From the NCBI GenBank assembly GCA_017577365.2, contig PKRJ02000004.1, positions 9,959-73,958 of the forward strand: a stretch of DNA of 64,000 nt, read 5' to 3'. This DNA comes from Gammaproteobacteria bacterium (GTDB lineage Bacteria > Pseudomonadota > Gammaproteobacteria > Steroidobacterales > Rariloculaceae). The notes below the pieces were generated by a model, which saw nothing but the letters and a program-made list of their open reading frames with translations, was not told where the DNA came from and searched no databases. Made by a program: the position numbers and the translations under genes. Of the stretch, positions 20,830-36,215 are shown piece by piece. How positions within the stretch are numbered: position 1 is the first letter of the stretch; the number at the start of each line of letters is the position of its first letter.

Positions 20830-20859
20830 GTGCCGATGTCTATCGAAAACGACTCCGCC

Positions 20860-21642
20860 TCACCGCGCGGATGCTGCGTCGTAAATCTTCAAGAATTCCG
20901 CGGCGTCGAGAGACGCTCCGCCCACGAGGCCGCCGTCGATATCCTCCATCGCGAACAGCTCGGCCGCGTTGCCGCCTTTCACGCTGCCGCCGTAGAGGAT
21001 GACGAGGCCGGATGCGATTGTAGCATCTTGCCGCGCGATCATGCTGCGAATTTGCGCATGTACGGCCTGTGCCTGCTCCGGCGTCGCTGTCTTGCCCGTG
21101 CCGATCGCCCAGACCGGCTCGTACGCGACGACCGCGTTCGCGAAAGCCGCGACACCCGCGGCGTCGAGCACCGCCTTCATTTGACGCTCGACAACCTCCT
21201 CGGTTCGGCCCGCCTCGCGCTCGTCGAGCGTTTCGCCGACGCACAGGATCGGAACGAGCCCCGCCTGCTGCGCCGCCTTGAACTTCTCGGCGACGATCGC
21301 GTCGCTCTCGCCGAACAGCGTACGGCGCTCCGAGTGGCCGACGATGGCGTAGCGGCACCCGACGTCGGCCAGCATCGCGCCGGATACTTCGCCGGTGAAC
21401 GCCCCGCTGCCGATCCGCGTCGAGACGTCCTGCGACCCGAGCAGGATGTCGCTGCCCGCGAGCCGGTCCGCGACGGTCTTCAAGTACGGATACGGCGCGC
21501 AGAGCAGCATCTTCGCGCCGCCCTTCTTGCCCGCGACGAGCGCCGAGACGAGCGCATCGATCGACGCGAGCGATCCATGCATCTTCCAGTTTCCGGCGAC
21601 CAATTTCGTTCGCCCGGACGATGCTCGCGTAGCGGCGCTCAT
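20860..21642 (-). CDS. tpiA: triosephosphate isomerase
   Basis: VAGNWKMHGS near the N-terminus, plus AYEPVWAIGTG and GGSV motifs. Confidence 0.95.
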   Translation of the reverse strand: MSAATRASSGRTKLVAGNWKMHGSLASIDALVSALVAGKKGGAKMLLCAPYPYLKTVADRLAGSDILLGSQDVSTRIGSGAFTGEVSGAMLADVGCRYAIVGHSERRTLFGESDAIVAEKFKAAQQAGLVPILCVGETLDEREAGRTEEVVERQMKAVLDAAGVAAFANAVVAYEPVWAIGTGKTATPEQAQAVHAQIRSMIARQDATIASGLVILYGGSVKGGNAAELFAMEDIDGGLVGGASLDAAEFLKIYDAASAR

Positions 21643-21746
21643 CGCGCTTTCCTCCAGCAGGTGTCCATTGCGGGGCCGAGAGCTTAAGGGCGGCTTGGCG
21701 CGGAATCAACCGCGACAAACCGAACGAGCCTCATCAGCAGACGCGC

Positions 21747-23081
21747 TCACGCGATCGCCGCACGCACGGTATCGGCAAGACGCACCGCGAGCGAGCGAAC
21801 GGTCTCGGCATCCTCGCCCTCGACCATGACGCGCACGACGGGCTCGGTGCCCGAAGGTCGCAGCACGACGCGGCCGCGATCGCCGAGCACCTCTTCCGCG
21901 CTGCGAATCGCGTCTTGAATCGCCGGGATGCCGTCCACGTCGACGCGGCGCGCGACACGCACGTTGATCAGCTCCTGCGGCAGCTGCGGCATCGGCTGCG
22001 CGAGCTCCCGCAGGCTGCGGCCGGTGCGCCGCATCACCGCGAGCACCTGCAGCGCGGTGATCAGCCCGTCGCCGGTGGTCGTCTTGTCGAGGCAGACGAC
22101 GTGCCCGGACGTCTCGCCGCCGAGTATGCCGCCGTGCTCCTTCAGCATCGCGAGCACGTGCCGATCGCCGACCTTCGCGCGGCGGAATTCGATGCCGAGA
22201 TCGCGCAGCGCGAGCTCGAGCCCGAGATTGCTCATGACCGTGCCGATCACCGGCCCCTTCAGCACGCCTCGCTCGCGGCGATCGCGCGCGAGGATATAGA
22301 GAAGCCGATCGCCGTCGACGATGTCGCCGCGCTCGTCGACCATCACGACTCGATCGCCGTCGCCATCGAGCGCGAAACCGACGTGCGCGCGCACTCCGGT
22401 CACGGTCAGCTTCAAGAGGTCCGGCCTGGTCGAGCCGCAGCCGTCGTTGATGTTGCGCCCGTTCGGAGAGCAGCCGACCGGCACGACGTCCGCGCCGAGC
22501 TCGGCGATCACGCGCGGCGCCACCTTGTAGCCCGCGCCGTGCGATGCGTCGACGACGATCTTCAGGCCGTCGAGCGTCATGTCGCTCGGGATCGTGCTCT
22601 TGAGGAAGGCCATATAGTCGTCGCGGGCCGAGGTCGCCTTCTGCACTCTGCCGAGCGCCTTCGACTCGCGCGTGATCGGCTCCTCGTCGAGCGATGCCTC
22701 GATCGCCTCTTCGAGCTCGTCGGAGAGTTTCTCGCCGTCGGACGCGAAGAACTTGATGCCGTTATCGAAGTACGGATTGTGCGAGGCGCTGATGACGACG
22801 CCGAAATCCGCGCCGAGCTTCTTCGTCAGATACGCGATCGCCGGCGTCGGCAGCGGGCCGGTCAGCAGCACGTCGACCCCGGCCGCGACGAATCCGGCCT
22901 CGAGCGCGGACTCGAACATGTACCCGGAGACGCGCGTGTCCTTGCCGATCAGCACCGTGCCGCCGTTGGGCGCGAGCACGCGTGCGGCGGCGCTCGCGAG
23001 GCGCAACGCGAAATCGACCGTCATCGGCGCGACGCCCACCTGGCCGCGAATGCCGTCGGTGCCGAAATAGCGTCTGGTCAT
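21747..23081 (-). CDS. glmM: phosphoglucosamine mutase
   Basis: ORF 21747..23105. Start at ATG 23081 (MTRRYFGTDGIRG). Phosphoserine loop ISASHNPYFDNGIKF. Confidence 0.95.
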   Translation of the reverse strand: MTRRYFGTDGIRGQVGVAPMTVDFALRLASAAARVLAPNGGTVLIGKDTRVSGYMFESALEAGFVAAGVDVLLTGPLPTPAIAYLTKKLGADFGVVISASHNPYFDNGIKFFASDGEKLSDELEEAIEASLDEEPITRESKALGRVQKATSARDDYMAFLKSTIPSDMTLDGLKIVVDASHGAGYKVAPRVIAELGADVVPVGCSPNGRNINDGCGSTRPDLLKLTVTGVRAHVGFALDGDGDRVVMVDERGDIVDGDRLLYILARDRRERGVLKGPVIGTVMSNLGLELALRDLGIEFRRAKVGDRHVLAMLKEHGGILGGETSGHVVCLDKTTTGDGLITALQVLAVMRRTGRSLRELAQPMPQLPQELINVRVARRVDVDGIPAIQDAIRSAEEVLGDRGRVVLRPSGTEPVVRVMVEGEDAETVRSLAVRLADTVRAAIA

Positions 23082-23258
23082 CGATCCTCCCTTGACCGGG
23101 CGCACCGCTCGGCGGAGCGATCGCCCGTTAGCCCCGTCCGCCGGCGTTCTTCGTTCTCGGTGCGCGCAGAAAAGTCCGATATCGGGCGCTCGGAACCGCG
23201 ACGGCTCGAGCGACCGGAACCCGCCGGACGGCTGGGCCGCCGCCCGGCTCGGCCTGGA

Positions 23259-25196
<1,938 letters not shown>

Positions 25197-25254
25197 AACG
25201 TTACCTCACGATTGGGCGGCCCGAGGCATCGGACCGATCCCACGTTAGACCGTA

Positions 25255-25878
25255 CTACATCCGATGGTTTCTGGCCAGCATGTAGATCTCGCGACTCTCG
25301 GGCCGAGAAGCCTTCGGCTTCAGCAACTTGACCGCACCGAAGGTTCGTCTCGCGTGCTGCACGAACTCCGGGAAACCCTCGCCCTGAAAAAGCTTGACGA
25401 GAAAGGTACCTCCGGGAGCGAGGACCTCGGTGGCGAACAGCAACGCCTCCTCGGCAAGGCCCATGCTGCGGGGCTGATCGATCGCGCGTGTGCCACTGAT
25501 ATTGGGGGCCATATCGGACATCACAAGATCTATCTTCTCGTCCCCGATGGCGCGCGCGAGCGCCTCGACGGTGGCCGGATCGGTGAAATCTCCGTGCAAG
25601 AATTCGACCCCCGGGATCGGCTCCATCGGCAGCAGGTCGACCGCCCAGACCCGCCCGCGCGGGCCGACGATCTTCGCGGCGTACTGGCTCCAGGCCCCCG
25701 GCGCCGCGCCGAGGTCGACGACGCGCATCCCGGGCCATAGCACGCGCTCCTTCTGCTGGATCTGCTCGAGCTTGAAGACCGCGCGCGAGCGCCACCCTTC
25801 TCGGGCCGCCCGCTCGACGTAGGGGTCCCGTTCCTGGCGGCGTTTCCAGCGGCTACTGGACCCGCCGCGCCGACTCAT
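25255..25878 (-). CDS. rlmE: 23S rRNA (uridine2552-2'-O)-methyltransferase RlmE/FtsJ
   Basis: 207 aa. SAM-binding VVDLGAAPGAWSQY. Directly upstream of ftsH, as in other gammaproteobacteria. Confidence 0.94.
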   Translation of the reverse strand: MSRRGGSSSRWKRRQERDPYVERAAREGWRSRAVFKLEQIQQKERVLWPGMRVVDLGAAPGAWSQYAAKIVGPRGRVWAVDLLPMEPIPGVEFLHGDFTDPATVEALARAIGDEKIDLVMSDMAPNISGTRAIDQPRSMGLAEEALLFATEVLAPGGTFLVKLFQGEGFPEFVQHARRTFGAVKLLKPKASRPESREIYMLARNHRM

Positions 25879-25930
25879 CTATGCTCGTCCAACGGCGCCG
25901 ACGAGGACGGCGCGCATAACAAGAACTAGG

Positions 25931-26227
25931 ATGCATCTCACCGAAGAGCAATCCAACTATCTACGAATCCTCGGTCATACCCTGACACCGGTCATCGAAG
26001 TCGGCGCGGGCGGCGTCACCGAGTCGCTGCGCAAGGAGCTCGACAAGGCATTGACCGATCACGAGCTCGTGAAGGTGCGGGTTCGCTTCGGCGATCGACA
26101 ACGCCGGGCCAGGATTTTCGCCGAGCTCGCGCCGATGGCGGACGCTTGCCTCGTCAAGGAATCGGGCCACGTGGCGCTGCTCTATCGGCCGGGCAACCCG
26201 GCGTCGATCCGCCTGCCGCAGAGCTGA
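25931..26227 (+). CDS. yhbY: RNA-binding protein YhbY (CRM domain)
   Basis: 98 aa. Divergent from rlmE, as in E. coli. LTEEQSNYLRILGHTLTPVIEVG...HELVKVRV. Confidence 0.9.
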   Translation: MHLTEEQSNYLRILGHTLTPVIEVGAGGVTESLRKELDKALTDHELVKVRVRFGDRQRRARIFAELAPMADACLVKESGHVALLYRPGNPASIRLPQS

Positions 26228-26254
26228 AGCGTCGCCGTTCGCCGGCGTCGAGCG

Positions 26255-26731
26255 TCAGACGTACTCGACGCGCGCGATCTCGTAGCGGCGTCGCCCGCTC
26301 GGCGTCGCGACCTCGGCGGTATCGCCTTCTTCCTTCCCGATGAGCGCTCGGGCGATCGGAGAGGTGATCGAGATCAGCCCGTCCTTGATGTCCGACTCGT
26401 CCTCTCCGACGATCTGATAGCGTGCCTCCTCGCCACTCTCGACGTCGATGAGGTGCACGGTCGCGCCGAACACGACTCGGCCGTTCGCCTCGAGCTGCGT
26501 CACGTCGATGATCTGCGCGTTCGCGAGCTTCGCCTCGATGTCGCGTATCCGCGCCTCGATGAGCCCTTGCTGCTCCTTCGCGGCGTGATACTCGGCGTTC
26601 TCACGCAGATCCCCGTGCGCACGTGCCTCCGCGATTGCATTGACGATGCGTGGGCGCTCCTCGTTCTTCAGCCTGCGAAGCTCCTCGCGGAGGAGCTCCG
26701 CGCCGCGCGCCGTAAGTGGCACCTTGGTCAA
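26255..26731 (-). CDS. greA: transcription elongation factor GreA
   Basis: ORF 26255..26992 has no in-frame ATG near the homologous N-terminus. TTG at 26731 gives [18 protein letters not shown]... (158 aa, the E. coli GreA length). GGAGG lies 7 nt upstream. The TTG overlaps the carB TGA. Confidence 0.9.
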   Translation of the reverse strand: MTKVPLTARGAELLREELRRLKNEERPRIVNAIAEARAHGDLRENAEYHAAKEQQGLIEARIRDIEAKLANAQIIDVTQLEANGRVVFGATVHLIDVESGEEARYQIVGEDESDIKDGLISITSPIARALIGKEEGDTAEVATPSGRRRYEIARVEYV

Positions 26732-29700
26732 ATCGCTGCCTCCTCGTGCAGGTCTTGCAATCGGTTGACGACGACGTTGTCGAGATAATCCAGAGCGTCG
26801 CATGTCGCTCTCGCGGCCGCAAGGGTCGTGTAGTAAGTCACCTTGTTCTGCACGGCCGCGCCGCGGATCGAATGCGACTCTCGAATCGCTTGCTTGCCCT
26901 CCGTGGTGTTCACGATCAGGGCGATCTCGCGGTTCTTGATCATGTCGACTATGTGCGGACGGCCCTCGCGCACCTTGTTGACCCTGGTGCACGGCACGCC
27001 GGCGCGCGCGAGCGCCTCGGCGGTACCGCCCGTCGCTACGATCTCGAACCCGCGTTTCACGAGCTCTCTACCGAGCTCGACCGCGGCCGGCTTGTCGCGA
27101 TCTCGCACGCTCAAGAACACGATGCCCGAGCGCGGCAGATCGACGCCGGACGCGATCTGCGCCTTCGCGTAAGCCTCCGCGAAGGTCCGGCCGGTGCCCA
27201 TGACCTCGCCCGTCGACTTCATCTCCGGACCGAGGATCGGATCCGCGTCCGGGAACTTGATGAACGGAAAAACGGATTCCTTCACCGAGAAGTAGGGCCG
27301 GCGCGTCGGCGGCGTCACGCCCTGCTCGGCGAAGGAGACGCCCGCCATCGCCTTCGCGGCGATCTTCGCGAGCGGCATGCCGATCGCCTTCGAGACGAAA
27401 GGCACCGTTCGCGACGCGCGGGGATTCACCTCGAGCACGTAGATGATGCCGTTCTGAATCGCGAATTGCGTATTCATCAGGCCGACGACGCCGAGGGCTT
27501 TCGCCATCCTCGTGACCTGATCCGCGAGCTCCCGCTGCACGTCCTCGCTCAGGCTGAAAGGCGGCAGCGAGCAGCCCGAGTCGCCGGAATGAATGCCCGC
27601 CTGCTCCACGTGCTCCATGATGCCGCCGATGATCACCTCCTGACCGTCCGATATCGCGTCGACGTCGACCTCGACGGCGAGATCGAGAAAACGATCGAGC
27701 AGCACCGGGCTCTCGTTCGAGACGCTGACAGCCTGCGTCATGTAGTCCTTGAGCTCGTCCTCGCTGTAGACGATCTCCATCGCCCGTCCGCCGAGCACGT
27801 ACGACGGCCGCACGACCAGCGGATAGCCGACCTCCTTCGCCATCGCGACGGCCTCGTCGGTCGTCCTCGCGGTGCAGTTCGGCGGCTGCTTGAGCCCGAG
27901 CCGGTTGACGAGCTGCTGGAAGCGCTCACGGTCCTCGGCGAGATCGATCGAATCGGGCGGAGTGCCGATGATCGGCACGTCCGCGGCCTCGAGCGCGCGC
28001 GCGAGCTTGAGCGGCGTCTGACCGCCGTACTGCACGATCACGCCCTTCGGCTTCTCCTTGTGGACGATCTCGAGCACGTCCTCGAGCGTCAGCGGCTCGA
28101 AGTAGAGACGGTCGGACGTGTCGTAATCCGTCGAGACCGTCTCCGGATTGCAGTTGATCATGATCGTCTCGAAGCCGATCTCCTTGAGCGCGAACGCGGC
28201 GTGCACGCAGCAATAGTCGAACTCGATGCCCTGCCCGATGCGGTTCGGCCCGCCGCCGAGAATGATGATCTTGTCGCGATCCGTCGGATCCGCCTCGCAG
28301 TACTCTTCGTATGTCGAGTAGAGATACGCGGTTGTCGTCGGGAACTCCGCCGCGCAGCTGTCCACTCGCTTGAATACCGGCCGGACGCCGTGCTTGTAGC
28401 GCGCCTTGCGCACGACCGCCTCGCCGACGCCGAGCAGCGACCCGATGCGGCTGTCGCTGAAGCCCTTGCGCTTCAGCGCGCGCAGCCGCTCGGGCTGCAG
28501 CGCGTCGAGGCCTTCCGCGGCGACGGCCTTCTCCGTCTCGACGAGATCCTCGATCTGCGCGAGGAACCACGGATCGATCTTCGTGAGCTGATGGATCTCG
28601 TCGAGCGGCATGCCGAGACGGAACGCGTCCGCGACGTACCAGAGCCGGTTGGCGCCCGGCATGCTGAGCTCGCGCTTGAGCTCGGCCCATTCCTCCTCGG
28701 TCTCCGCCGCGCGCATCATCGGCGTGAGTCCGTCGACGCCGATCTCGAGGCCGCGCAGCGCCTTCTGCAGCGACTCCTGGAACGTCCGCCCGATCGCCAT
28801 GACCTCGCCGACCGATTTCATCTGCGTGGTCAGGCGATCGTTCGCCTGCGGAAACTTCTCGAACGTGAAGCGAGGTACCTTCGTGACGACGTAATCGATC
28901 GTCGGCTCGAAGCTCGCGGGCGTGAGCCCGCCCGTGATCTCGTTGCGCAGCTCGTCGAGGGTGTAGCCGACCGCGAGCTTCGCCGCGACTTTCGCGATCG
29001 GGAATCCGGTCGCCTTCGACGCGAGCGCGGACGAGCGCGACACGCGCGGATTCATCTCGATGATGATGAGCCGCCCGTCCTCGGGGTTGATCGCGAACTG
29101 CACGTTCGAGCCGCCGGTGTCGACGCCGATCTTGCGCAGCACGGCGATCGACGCGTCGCGCATGCGCTGATACTCCTTGTCGGTCAGCGTCTGGGCGGGC
29201 GCGACGGTGATCGAGTCGCCCGTATGGATGCCCATCGGGTCGAGGTTCTCGATCGAGCAGACGATGATGCAGTTGTCGTTCCGATCGCGAACGACCTCCA
29301 TCTCGAACTCTTTCCAGCCGAGGACCGACTCCTCGAGCAGCACCTCGGTCGTCGGCGACTGGTCGAGGCCGCGCGCGACGATCGCCTCGAACTCCTCGCG
29401 GTTGTACGCGATACCGCCGCCGCTTCCGCCGAGCGTGAACGACGGGCGCACGATGATCGGGAAGCCGATCTCCTCCTGCACCTCCCGCGCTTCCTCGAGC
29501 GAATGCGCCACACCGGCGCGCGCGACCTCGAGCCCGATCTCCTTCATCGCGTTGCGGAAGAGCTCGCGGTCCTCGGCCATCGCGATCGCGTCGCGCGACG
29601 CGCCGATCAGCTCGACGCCGTACTTCTCGAGAATGCCTTCGCGATCGAGGTCGAGCGCGCAGTTGAGCGCGGTCTGACCGCCCATCGTCGGCAGCAGCGC

Positions 29701-29952
29701 GGACGGTCTTTCTCGCTCGATGATGCTCGCGATCGCGCGCCAGCTGATCGGCTCGATGTAGACCGCGTCCGCGCTCTGCGGGTCGGTCATGATCGTCGCG
29801 GGATTGGAGTTCACGAGGATGACCCGATAGCCCTCCTCCCGAAGCGCCTTGCACGCTTGCGTGCCCGAATAATCGAACTCGCAAGCCTGCCCGATGACGA
29901 TCGGACCGGCTCCGATGATCAGGATGCTTTCGAGGTCTTGGCGGCGCGGCAT
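26728..29952 (-). CDS. carB: carbamoyl-phosphate synthase large subunit
   Basis: 1074 aa with duplicated ATP-grasp halves and an MGS-like C-terminus. Confidence 0.97.
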   Translation of the reverse strand: MPRRQDLESILIIGAGPIVIGQACEFDYSGTQACKALREEGYRVILVNSNPATIMTDPQSADAVYIEPISWRAIASIIERERPSALLPTMGGQTALNCALDLDREGILEKYGVELIGASRDAIAMAEDRELFRNAMKEIGLEVARAGVAHSLEEAREVQEEIGFPIIVRPSFTLGGSGGGIAYNREEFEAIVARGLDQSPTTEVLLEESVLGWKEFEMEVVRDRNDNCIIVCSIENLDPMGIHTGDSITVAPAQTLTDKEYQRMRDASIAVLRKIGVDTGGSNVQFAINPEDGRLIIIEMNPRVSRSSALASKATGFPIAKVAAKLAVGYTLDELRNEITGGLTPASFEPTIDYVVTKVPRFTFEKFPQANDRLTTQMKSVGEVMAIGRTFQESLQKALRGLEIGVDGLTPMMRAAETEEEWAELKRELSMPGANRLWYVADAFRLGMPLDEIHQLTKIDPWFLAQIEDLVETEKAVAAEGLDALQPERLRALKRKGFSDSRIGSLLGVGEAVVRKARYKHGVRPVFKRVDSCAAEFPTTTAYLYSTYEEYCEADPTDRDKIIILGGGPNRIGQGIEFDYCCVHAAFALKEIGFETIMINCNPETVSTDYDTSDRLYFEPLTLEDVLEIVHKEKPKGVIVQYGGQTPLKLARALEAADVPIIGTPPDSIDLAEDRERFQQLVNRLGLKQPPNCTARTTDEAVAMAKEVGYPLVVRPSYVLGGRAMEIVYSEDELKDYMTQAVSVSNESPVLLDRFLDLAVEVDVDAISDGQEVIIGGIMEHVEQAGIHSGDSGCSLPPFSLSEDVQRELADQVTRMAKALGVVGLMNTQFAIQNGIIYVLEVNPRASRTVPFVSKAIGMPLAKIAAKAMAGVSFAEQGVTPPTRRPYFSVKESVFPFIKFPDADPILGPEMKSTGEVMGTGRTFAEAYAKAQIASGVDLPRSGIVFLSVRDRDKPAAVELGRELVKRGFEIVATGGTAEALARAGVPCTRVNKVREGRPHIVDMIKNREIALIVNTTEGKQAIRESHSIRGAAVQNKVTYYTTLAAARATCDALDYLDNVVVNRLQDLHEEAAI

Positions 29953-30111
29953 ACGGTTATTCCACTCTCCGTGAGCGCTCGATCGAGGCGAAGCCCGCGA
30001 TCGATTGGATTGAAGCGGCGGCGCCCCCTTCCCGCTGGGATCGGCGGGCGGGGCGCGCGGAATCTGTCGGGCGCTCGCGAACGGTGCGCCCGAATCGCGG
30101 ATGCGGTCGGA

Positions 30112-31269
30112 TCATCGCGCGGCGGCGGCGACGGTCTGCCGGCGGTGCTCCTTCATCATCTCGACGAACCGCGCGAACAACGGGCGGACTTCCTGGGGAC
30201 CGGGGCTCGCTTCCGGATGTCCCTGGAAGGAGAACGCCGGCGCGTTCGTGAGCTCGATACCTTGGAGCGTTCCGTCGAACAGCGATCGGTGCGTGACCCG
30301 CACGTTCGGCGGCAGCGTCGACTCGTCCACGGCGAAACCGTGGTTCTGGCTCGTGATCATCACCCGGCCCGTGTCGATCTCGAGCACCGGATGGTTCGCG
30401 CCGTGATGGCCGAACTTCATCTTCACGGTCTTCGCGCCGGCCGCGAGCCCGAGCAGCTGATGCCCGAGGCAGATACCGAACTGCGGGATACCGATCTCGA
30501 TGAACTTGCGGATCGCCTCGATCGCGTACGTGCACGGCTCGGGGTCGCCCGGGCCGTTCGACAGGAAGATCCCGTCGGGGTTGAGCTGCAGCGCCTCTTC
30601 CGCCGTCGTCGTCGCCGGCACGACCGTGATGCGGCAGTCGTGGTCGGCGAGGAGCCGCAGAATGTTGCGCTTCACGCCGAAGTCGTAGGCGACCACGTGA
30701 AAGCTCGCGATGCGCTTCGTGTAGACGACCGGTCGCTCCGGCCAGATGCTGCCCTGGTTCCACTGATACGTCTGCTTCGTGGTCACCAGGCGAGCGAGAT
30801 CCATGCCCTTGATGCCGGGGAACTTGCGGGCCGCACGCACCGCCTCCTCCGGAGTCGCGCTCGGCCCCGTCAGAATGCACCCGCCCTGCGCGCCCTTGTC
30901 GCGGATGATGCGCGTGAGCTGCCGCGTGTCGATCTCGGCGATCGCGACCGTGTTGCTGCGGCGTAGAAACTCGCCGAGCGACAGCTCGCTGCGCCAGTTG
31001 CTGACGACGCGGGAGAGGTCACGGATCACGAGCCCCGCGGCGTGAACCTTGCTCGACTCGAAGTCGTCCGAGTTCGTGCCGACGTTGCCGATGTGCGGGT
31101 ACGTCAGCGTGACGATCTGCCGGTAGTACGACGGATCGGTGAGGATTTCCTGGTACCCGGTCATCGCGGTGTTGAACACCACTTCGCCGAGGCTTCGACC
31201 CGGCGCACCGACGGATATACCGCGGAACACCGTTCCGTCTTCGAGCGCTAGTATCGCCGGCTCTGTCAC
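30112..31269 (-). CDS. carA: carbamoyl-phosphate synthase small subunit
   Basis: ORF 30112..31326. GTG at 31269 chosen ([17 protein letters not shown]...; GGAG 8 nt upstream). Glutamine amidotransferase motif GICLGHQLL. Confidence 0.93.
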   Translation of the reverse strand: MTEPAILALEDGTVFRGISVGAPGRSLGEVVFNTAMTGYQEILTDPSYYRQIVTLTYPHIGNVGTNSDDFESSKVHAAGLVIRDLSRVVSNWRSELSLGEFLRRSNTVAIAEIDTRQLTRIIRDKGAQGGCILTGPSATPEEAVRAARKFPGIKGMDLARLVTTKQTYQWNQGSIWPERPVVYTKRIASFHVVAYDFGVKRNILRLLADHDCRITVVPATTTAEEALQLNPDGIFLSNGPGDPEPCTYAIEAIRKFIEIGIPQFGICLGHQLLGLAAGAKTVKMKFGHHGANHPVLEIDTGRVMITSQNHGFAVDESTLPPNVRVTHRSLFDGTLQGIELTNAPAFSFQGHPEASPGPQEVRPLFARFVEMMKEHRRQTVAAAAR

Positions 31270-31462
31270 GCGCTGAGCTCCTTCTCGATGGCGCCTTGCA
31301 CAAGGTCGCGGATTGCGGCAAGGCACGCAGCAACCCGGAGAGCGTTCAGGTAGTTGGGGCTCAGGCGGCTATTGTAGCGGCTCGCCTGCCCGCTTTGCAC
31401 GCTGCATTCGCGAGGAGCGGACGCTTCGGTGGCGCGACCGCTCGAAATCGGCCGCGCCGTCG

Positions 31463-32275
31463 CTAGCGCTCCGCCGCCAGCCCGAGCACGTCCGCCATTG
31501 AGTAAAAGCCCGGCGCGCGGCCGGCGGCCCAACGCGCCGCGCGCAGAGCGCCGCGCGCGAACGCCGCCCGTTCGCGCGCTCGATGGACGAACTCGATCTG
31601 CTCGTCGCCGGCGATGAACATCACGGAGTGATCGCCGACGATCTGTCCGCCGCGAATCACGGAGAAGCCGATCGTGCCGGGAACGCGCGGACCGGTCGTG
31701 CCGTGTCGGGTATACACCGCGAGATCCTTCAGCGGCCGCCCCCTCGCCGCGGCGATCCGCTCGCCGAGCGCGAGCGCGGTGCCGGAGGGCGCGTCGACCT
31801 TCTGGCGGTGGTGGGCCTCGACGATCTCGACGTCGTATTCGTTGCCGAGCGCGGCGGCGGCGCGTGCGACGAGCTCCATGAAGAGATTCACGCCGACGCT
31901 CATGTTCCGGCCGTAGACCAACGGAATCTGATGCGCGGCGCGCTCCATCGCGTCGAAATGCCGCCTCTCGAGCCCCGTCGTGCCGACGACGAGCGCCGTG
32001 CCGTGCGCGACGCAGGCCCGGACGTTCGCCTCGAGCGCCGCGGGCAGCGTGAAGTCGATCGCGACCTGCGCCCCGTGCAGGGCTTGCTCGCGATCGTCGG
32101 TCAGCGGCACGCCGAAAGGCGGCAGCGACGTGCCCGCCGAGGCGTCGCGGCCGATCGAAGGGTCGCCCGTCTGCGTCACCGCGCCGACGAGCTTCACGTC
32201 GTCCTGCTCCGCGATGCAGGCGAGGATTGCGCGACCCATCCGCCCGGTCGCGCCGAGCACGGCTACCTTCAGCAA
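31463..32275 (-). CDS. dapB: 4-hydroxy-tetrahydrodipicolinate reductase
   Basis: MLKVAVLGATGRMGRAIL dinucleotide-binding N-terminus and EAHHRQKVDAPSGTA motif. Confidence 0.94.
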   Translation of the reverse strand: MLKVAVLGATGRMGRAILACIAEQDDVKLVGAVTQTGDPSIGRDASAGTSLPPFGVPLTDDREQALHGAQVAIDFTLPAALEANVRACVAHGTALVVGTTGLERRHFDAMERAAHQIPLVYGRNMSVGVNLFMELVARAAAALGNEYDVEIVEAHHRQKVDAPSGTALALGERIAAARGRPLKDLAVYTRHGTTGPRVPGTIGFSVIRGGQIVGDHSVMFIAGDEQIEFVHRARERAAFARGALRAARWAAGRAPGFYSMADVLGLAAER

Positions 32276-32276
32276 T

Positions 32277-33410
32277 TCACGCTCCCATTCGCTCGAAGAA
32301 GCTCTTCACGCCGTCGAACCAGCGCCGCGCCCGCGGGCTGTGGCGCTCGCCGCCGCCTCTTATCGATTCGTCGAACCGACGCAGCATCTTCTTCTGCTCC
32401 GACGTCAGGTTCACCGGCGTTTCGACCTGCACGCGGCAGAACAAGTCTCCGGAGCCCGGCGAACGCAACGAGCGTACGCCCTTGCCCTTCACGCAGAACA
32501 CCTTTCCCGACTGCGTCTCGGGCGGCACCTTGAGGACGATGGTGCCGTCGAGCGTCGGCACCTCGACCGTGCCGCCGAGCGCCGCGGTCGCGAAGCTGAT
32601 CGGCACCTCGCACGAGAGGTTCTGCCCGTCGCGCGTGAAGATCGGGTGCGGCTTGACGTGGATTTCGACGTACAGGTCGCCCGACGGGCCGCCGTTGCGT
32701 CCGGGCTCGCCTTCGCGCGCGAGCCGTATCCGATCGCCGTTGTCGACGCCCGGAGGCACCTTCACCGAGAGCGTCCGAAGCTTTCGCACGATGCCGCTGC
32801 CCGAGCAGTCCGGGCACGGCTTCTCGACGCGCGTGCCCGCGCCGCGGCAGGCCGGGCACGTCTGCTGGATCGAGATGAAGCCCTGCTGCATGCGGACCTG
32901 GCCGTGGCCCTTGCACGTCGCGCACGTGACGCGCCGCGTGCCGGGCGCGGCGCCGGTGCCGTCGCAGGTCTCGCACGCGACCCGGCTCGGGATGTCGATC
33001 TCGACCGTGTCGCCGAAGACGGCCTGCTCGAGCGTGAGCTCCAGGTCGTAACGCAGGTCCGCGCCGCGATACATCTGCGTTCGGCTGCGCGCACCCGCGC
33101 CGAAGATGCTGCCGAAAACCTCGTCGAAGATGTCGCTGAAGGGATCGCCGGGACCGAAGCCGCCGCCGAAGCCCGCACCGCCCGCCTCGACGCCGGCGTG
33201 ACCGAAGCGATCGTAGGCGGCGCGCTTCGAGCTGTCCGACAGGACCTCGTAGGCTTCCTTCGCTTCCTTGAACTTCGCCTCGGCCTCGGGATCGTTCGGA
33301 TTGCGGTCCGGATGGTATTTCATCGCGAGGCGCCGATACGCCTTCTTGATTTCCTCCGGACCGGCGTCGCGCTGCACGCCGAGCACTTCGTAATAGTCGC
33401 GCTTCGCCAT
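32277..33410 (-). CDS. dnaJ: molecular chaperone DnaJ
   Basis: J domain with HPD (KYHPDRNP), G/F region and four CxxCxGxG repeats. Confidence 0.97.
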   Translation of the reverse strand: MAKRDYYEVLGVQRDAGPEEIKKAYRRLAMKYHPDRNPNDPEAEAKFKEAKEAYEVLSDSSKRAAYDRFGHAGVEAGGAGFGGGFGPGDPFSDIFDEVFGSIFGAGARSRTQMYRGADLRYDLELTLEQAVFGDTVEIDIPSRVACETCDGTGAAPGTRRVTCATCKGHGQVRMQQGFISIQQTCPACRGAGTRVEKPCPDCSGSGIVRKLRTLSVKVPPGVDNGDRIRLAREGEPGRNGGPSGDLYVEIHVKPHPIFTRDGQNLSCEVPISFATAALGGTVEVPTLDGTIVLKVPPETQSGKVFCVKGKGVRSLRSPGSGDLFCRVQVETPVNLTSEQKKMLRRFDESIRGGGERHSPRARRWFDGVKSFFERMGA

Positions 33411-33515
33411 TCGTCGAGCTCACCCATACCGAGGCCGCGGCGATTCCTCGGGCCTCATCCCCATGCCGGTGCAGATTGTCGCCGAAATCGGCCGCGAGCG
33501 GGGCCTCACGACGTC

Positions 33516-33558
33516 GCAAAAACGGGGCGCGGGAGGCGGAGCATCCCCCGCCTCCCGG
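33516..33558 (-). terminator. hairpin plus U-tract between dnaK and dnaJ (attenuating terminator)
   Basis: CGGGAGGCGG (33530-33539) and CCGCCTCCCG (33548-33557) form a 10-bp stem. The minus strand continues CGCCCCGTTTTTGCG. Confidence 0.55.
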
Positions 33559-33570
33559 AACCAGGAGAGA

Positions 33571-35481
<1,911 letters not shown>

Positions 35482-35550
35482 TGCCACACCTCGGCTCGGC
35501 TAGATGGAAATCCTTTGGATGCGAATGCCCGAAACTCGACCTTCGCCCCC

Positions 35551-35582
35551 GTAGGTGGGGGATGGCCGGTCACAATTCAACC
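35551..35582 (-). promoter_or_regulatory. sigma32-like heat-shock promoter upstream of dnaK
   Basis: Minus strand: GTTGAA, 14-15 nt, CCCCCACCTA, against the consensus CTTGAA-N13-15-CCCCATNTA. Lies in the grpE-dnaK spacer. Confidence 0.45.
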
Positions 35583-35590
35583 CCGCCGAG

Positions 35591-36163
35591 TCACGCGTCC
35601 CCTTGGGACTGCGGCGCGGACACGACGACGCGTGCGGGCCGAAGCAGGCGGTCGTGGAGCTCGTACCCCTTCTGAATCACGAGAACGACGGTGTTCGGCG
35701 CGTGCTCGGTGCTCGGCTGCAGCGACATCGCCTCGTGCTTGGCCGGATCGAACGGTTCGCCGAGCGGATCGATTTCCCGGATCCCGACGCTCGCGAGCGC
35801 GTCATCGAGAAGCTTCAGCGTGGCACGGTTCCCCTCGAGCAGGGTCTCGACGGTGACGTTGTCGGCCGACGCGAGCGCCGCCTCGAGACTGTCCCGGACC
35901 GGCAGGATCGCCTGCCCGAGCCGCTCCGCCGCGTAGCGGCGGGTCGTCTCGAGCTCCCGAGCGCTGCGCTTGCGAAAGTTGTCGAGCTCGGCGACCGCGC
36001 GCAGGTAGTTGTTCCAGTTCTCCTCGGCCTGGCGGCGCAAGGCTTCGAGCTCCTCGTTGACCTCGCCGGCCCGCGCTTCCCGAGAAGCCTCGCCGGTTTC
36101 GACGGGGGTCGCGTCGGCTTCCGGCTCCGCGGCCCGTGGTTCCTTGGCCTCTTCGGTCATCAC
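35591..36163 (-). CDS. grpE: nucleotide exchange factor GrpE
   Basis: 190 aa. Acidic N-terminus, coiled coil and a GrpE C-terminal domain (VIQKGYELHDRLLRPARVVV). Confidence 0.95.
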   Translation of the reverse strand: MMTEEAKEPRAAEPEADATPVETGEASREARAGEVNEELEALRRQAEENWNNYLRAVAELDNFRKRSARELETTRRYAAERLGQAILPVRDSLEAALASADNVTVETLLEGNRATLKLLDDALASVGIREIDPLGEPFDPAKHEAMSLQPSTEHAPNTVVLVIQKGYELHDRLLRPARVVVSAPQSQGDA

Positions 36164-36215
36164 AAAAGCTCCTCCCTCGGCCTCCCGGCCGCAGCAAGTT
36201 ACACGCGGAAGGCAG

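Noticed and set aside
26716-30966. 1416-codon + strand ORF, the longest in the track
   Set aside because: It is antisense to carB and carA, both of which have complete, highly conserved products on the minus strand. High-GC antisense artefact.
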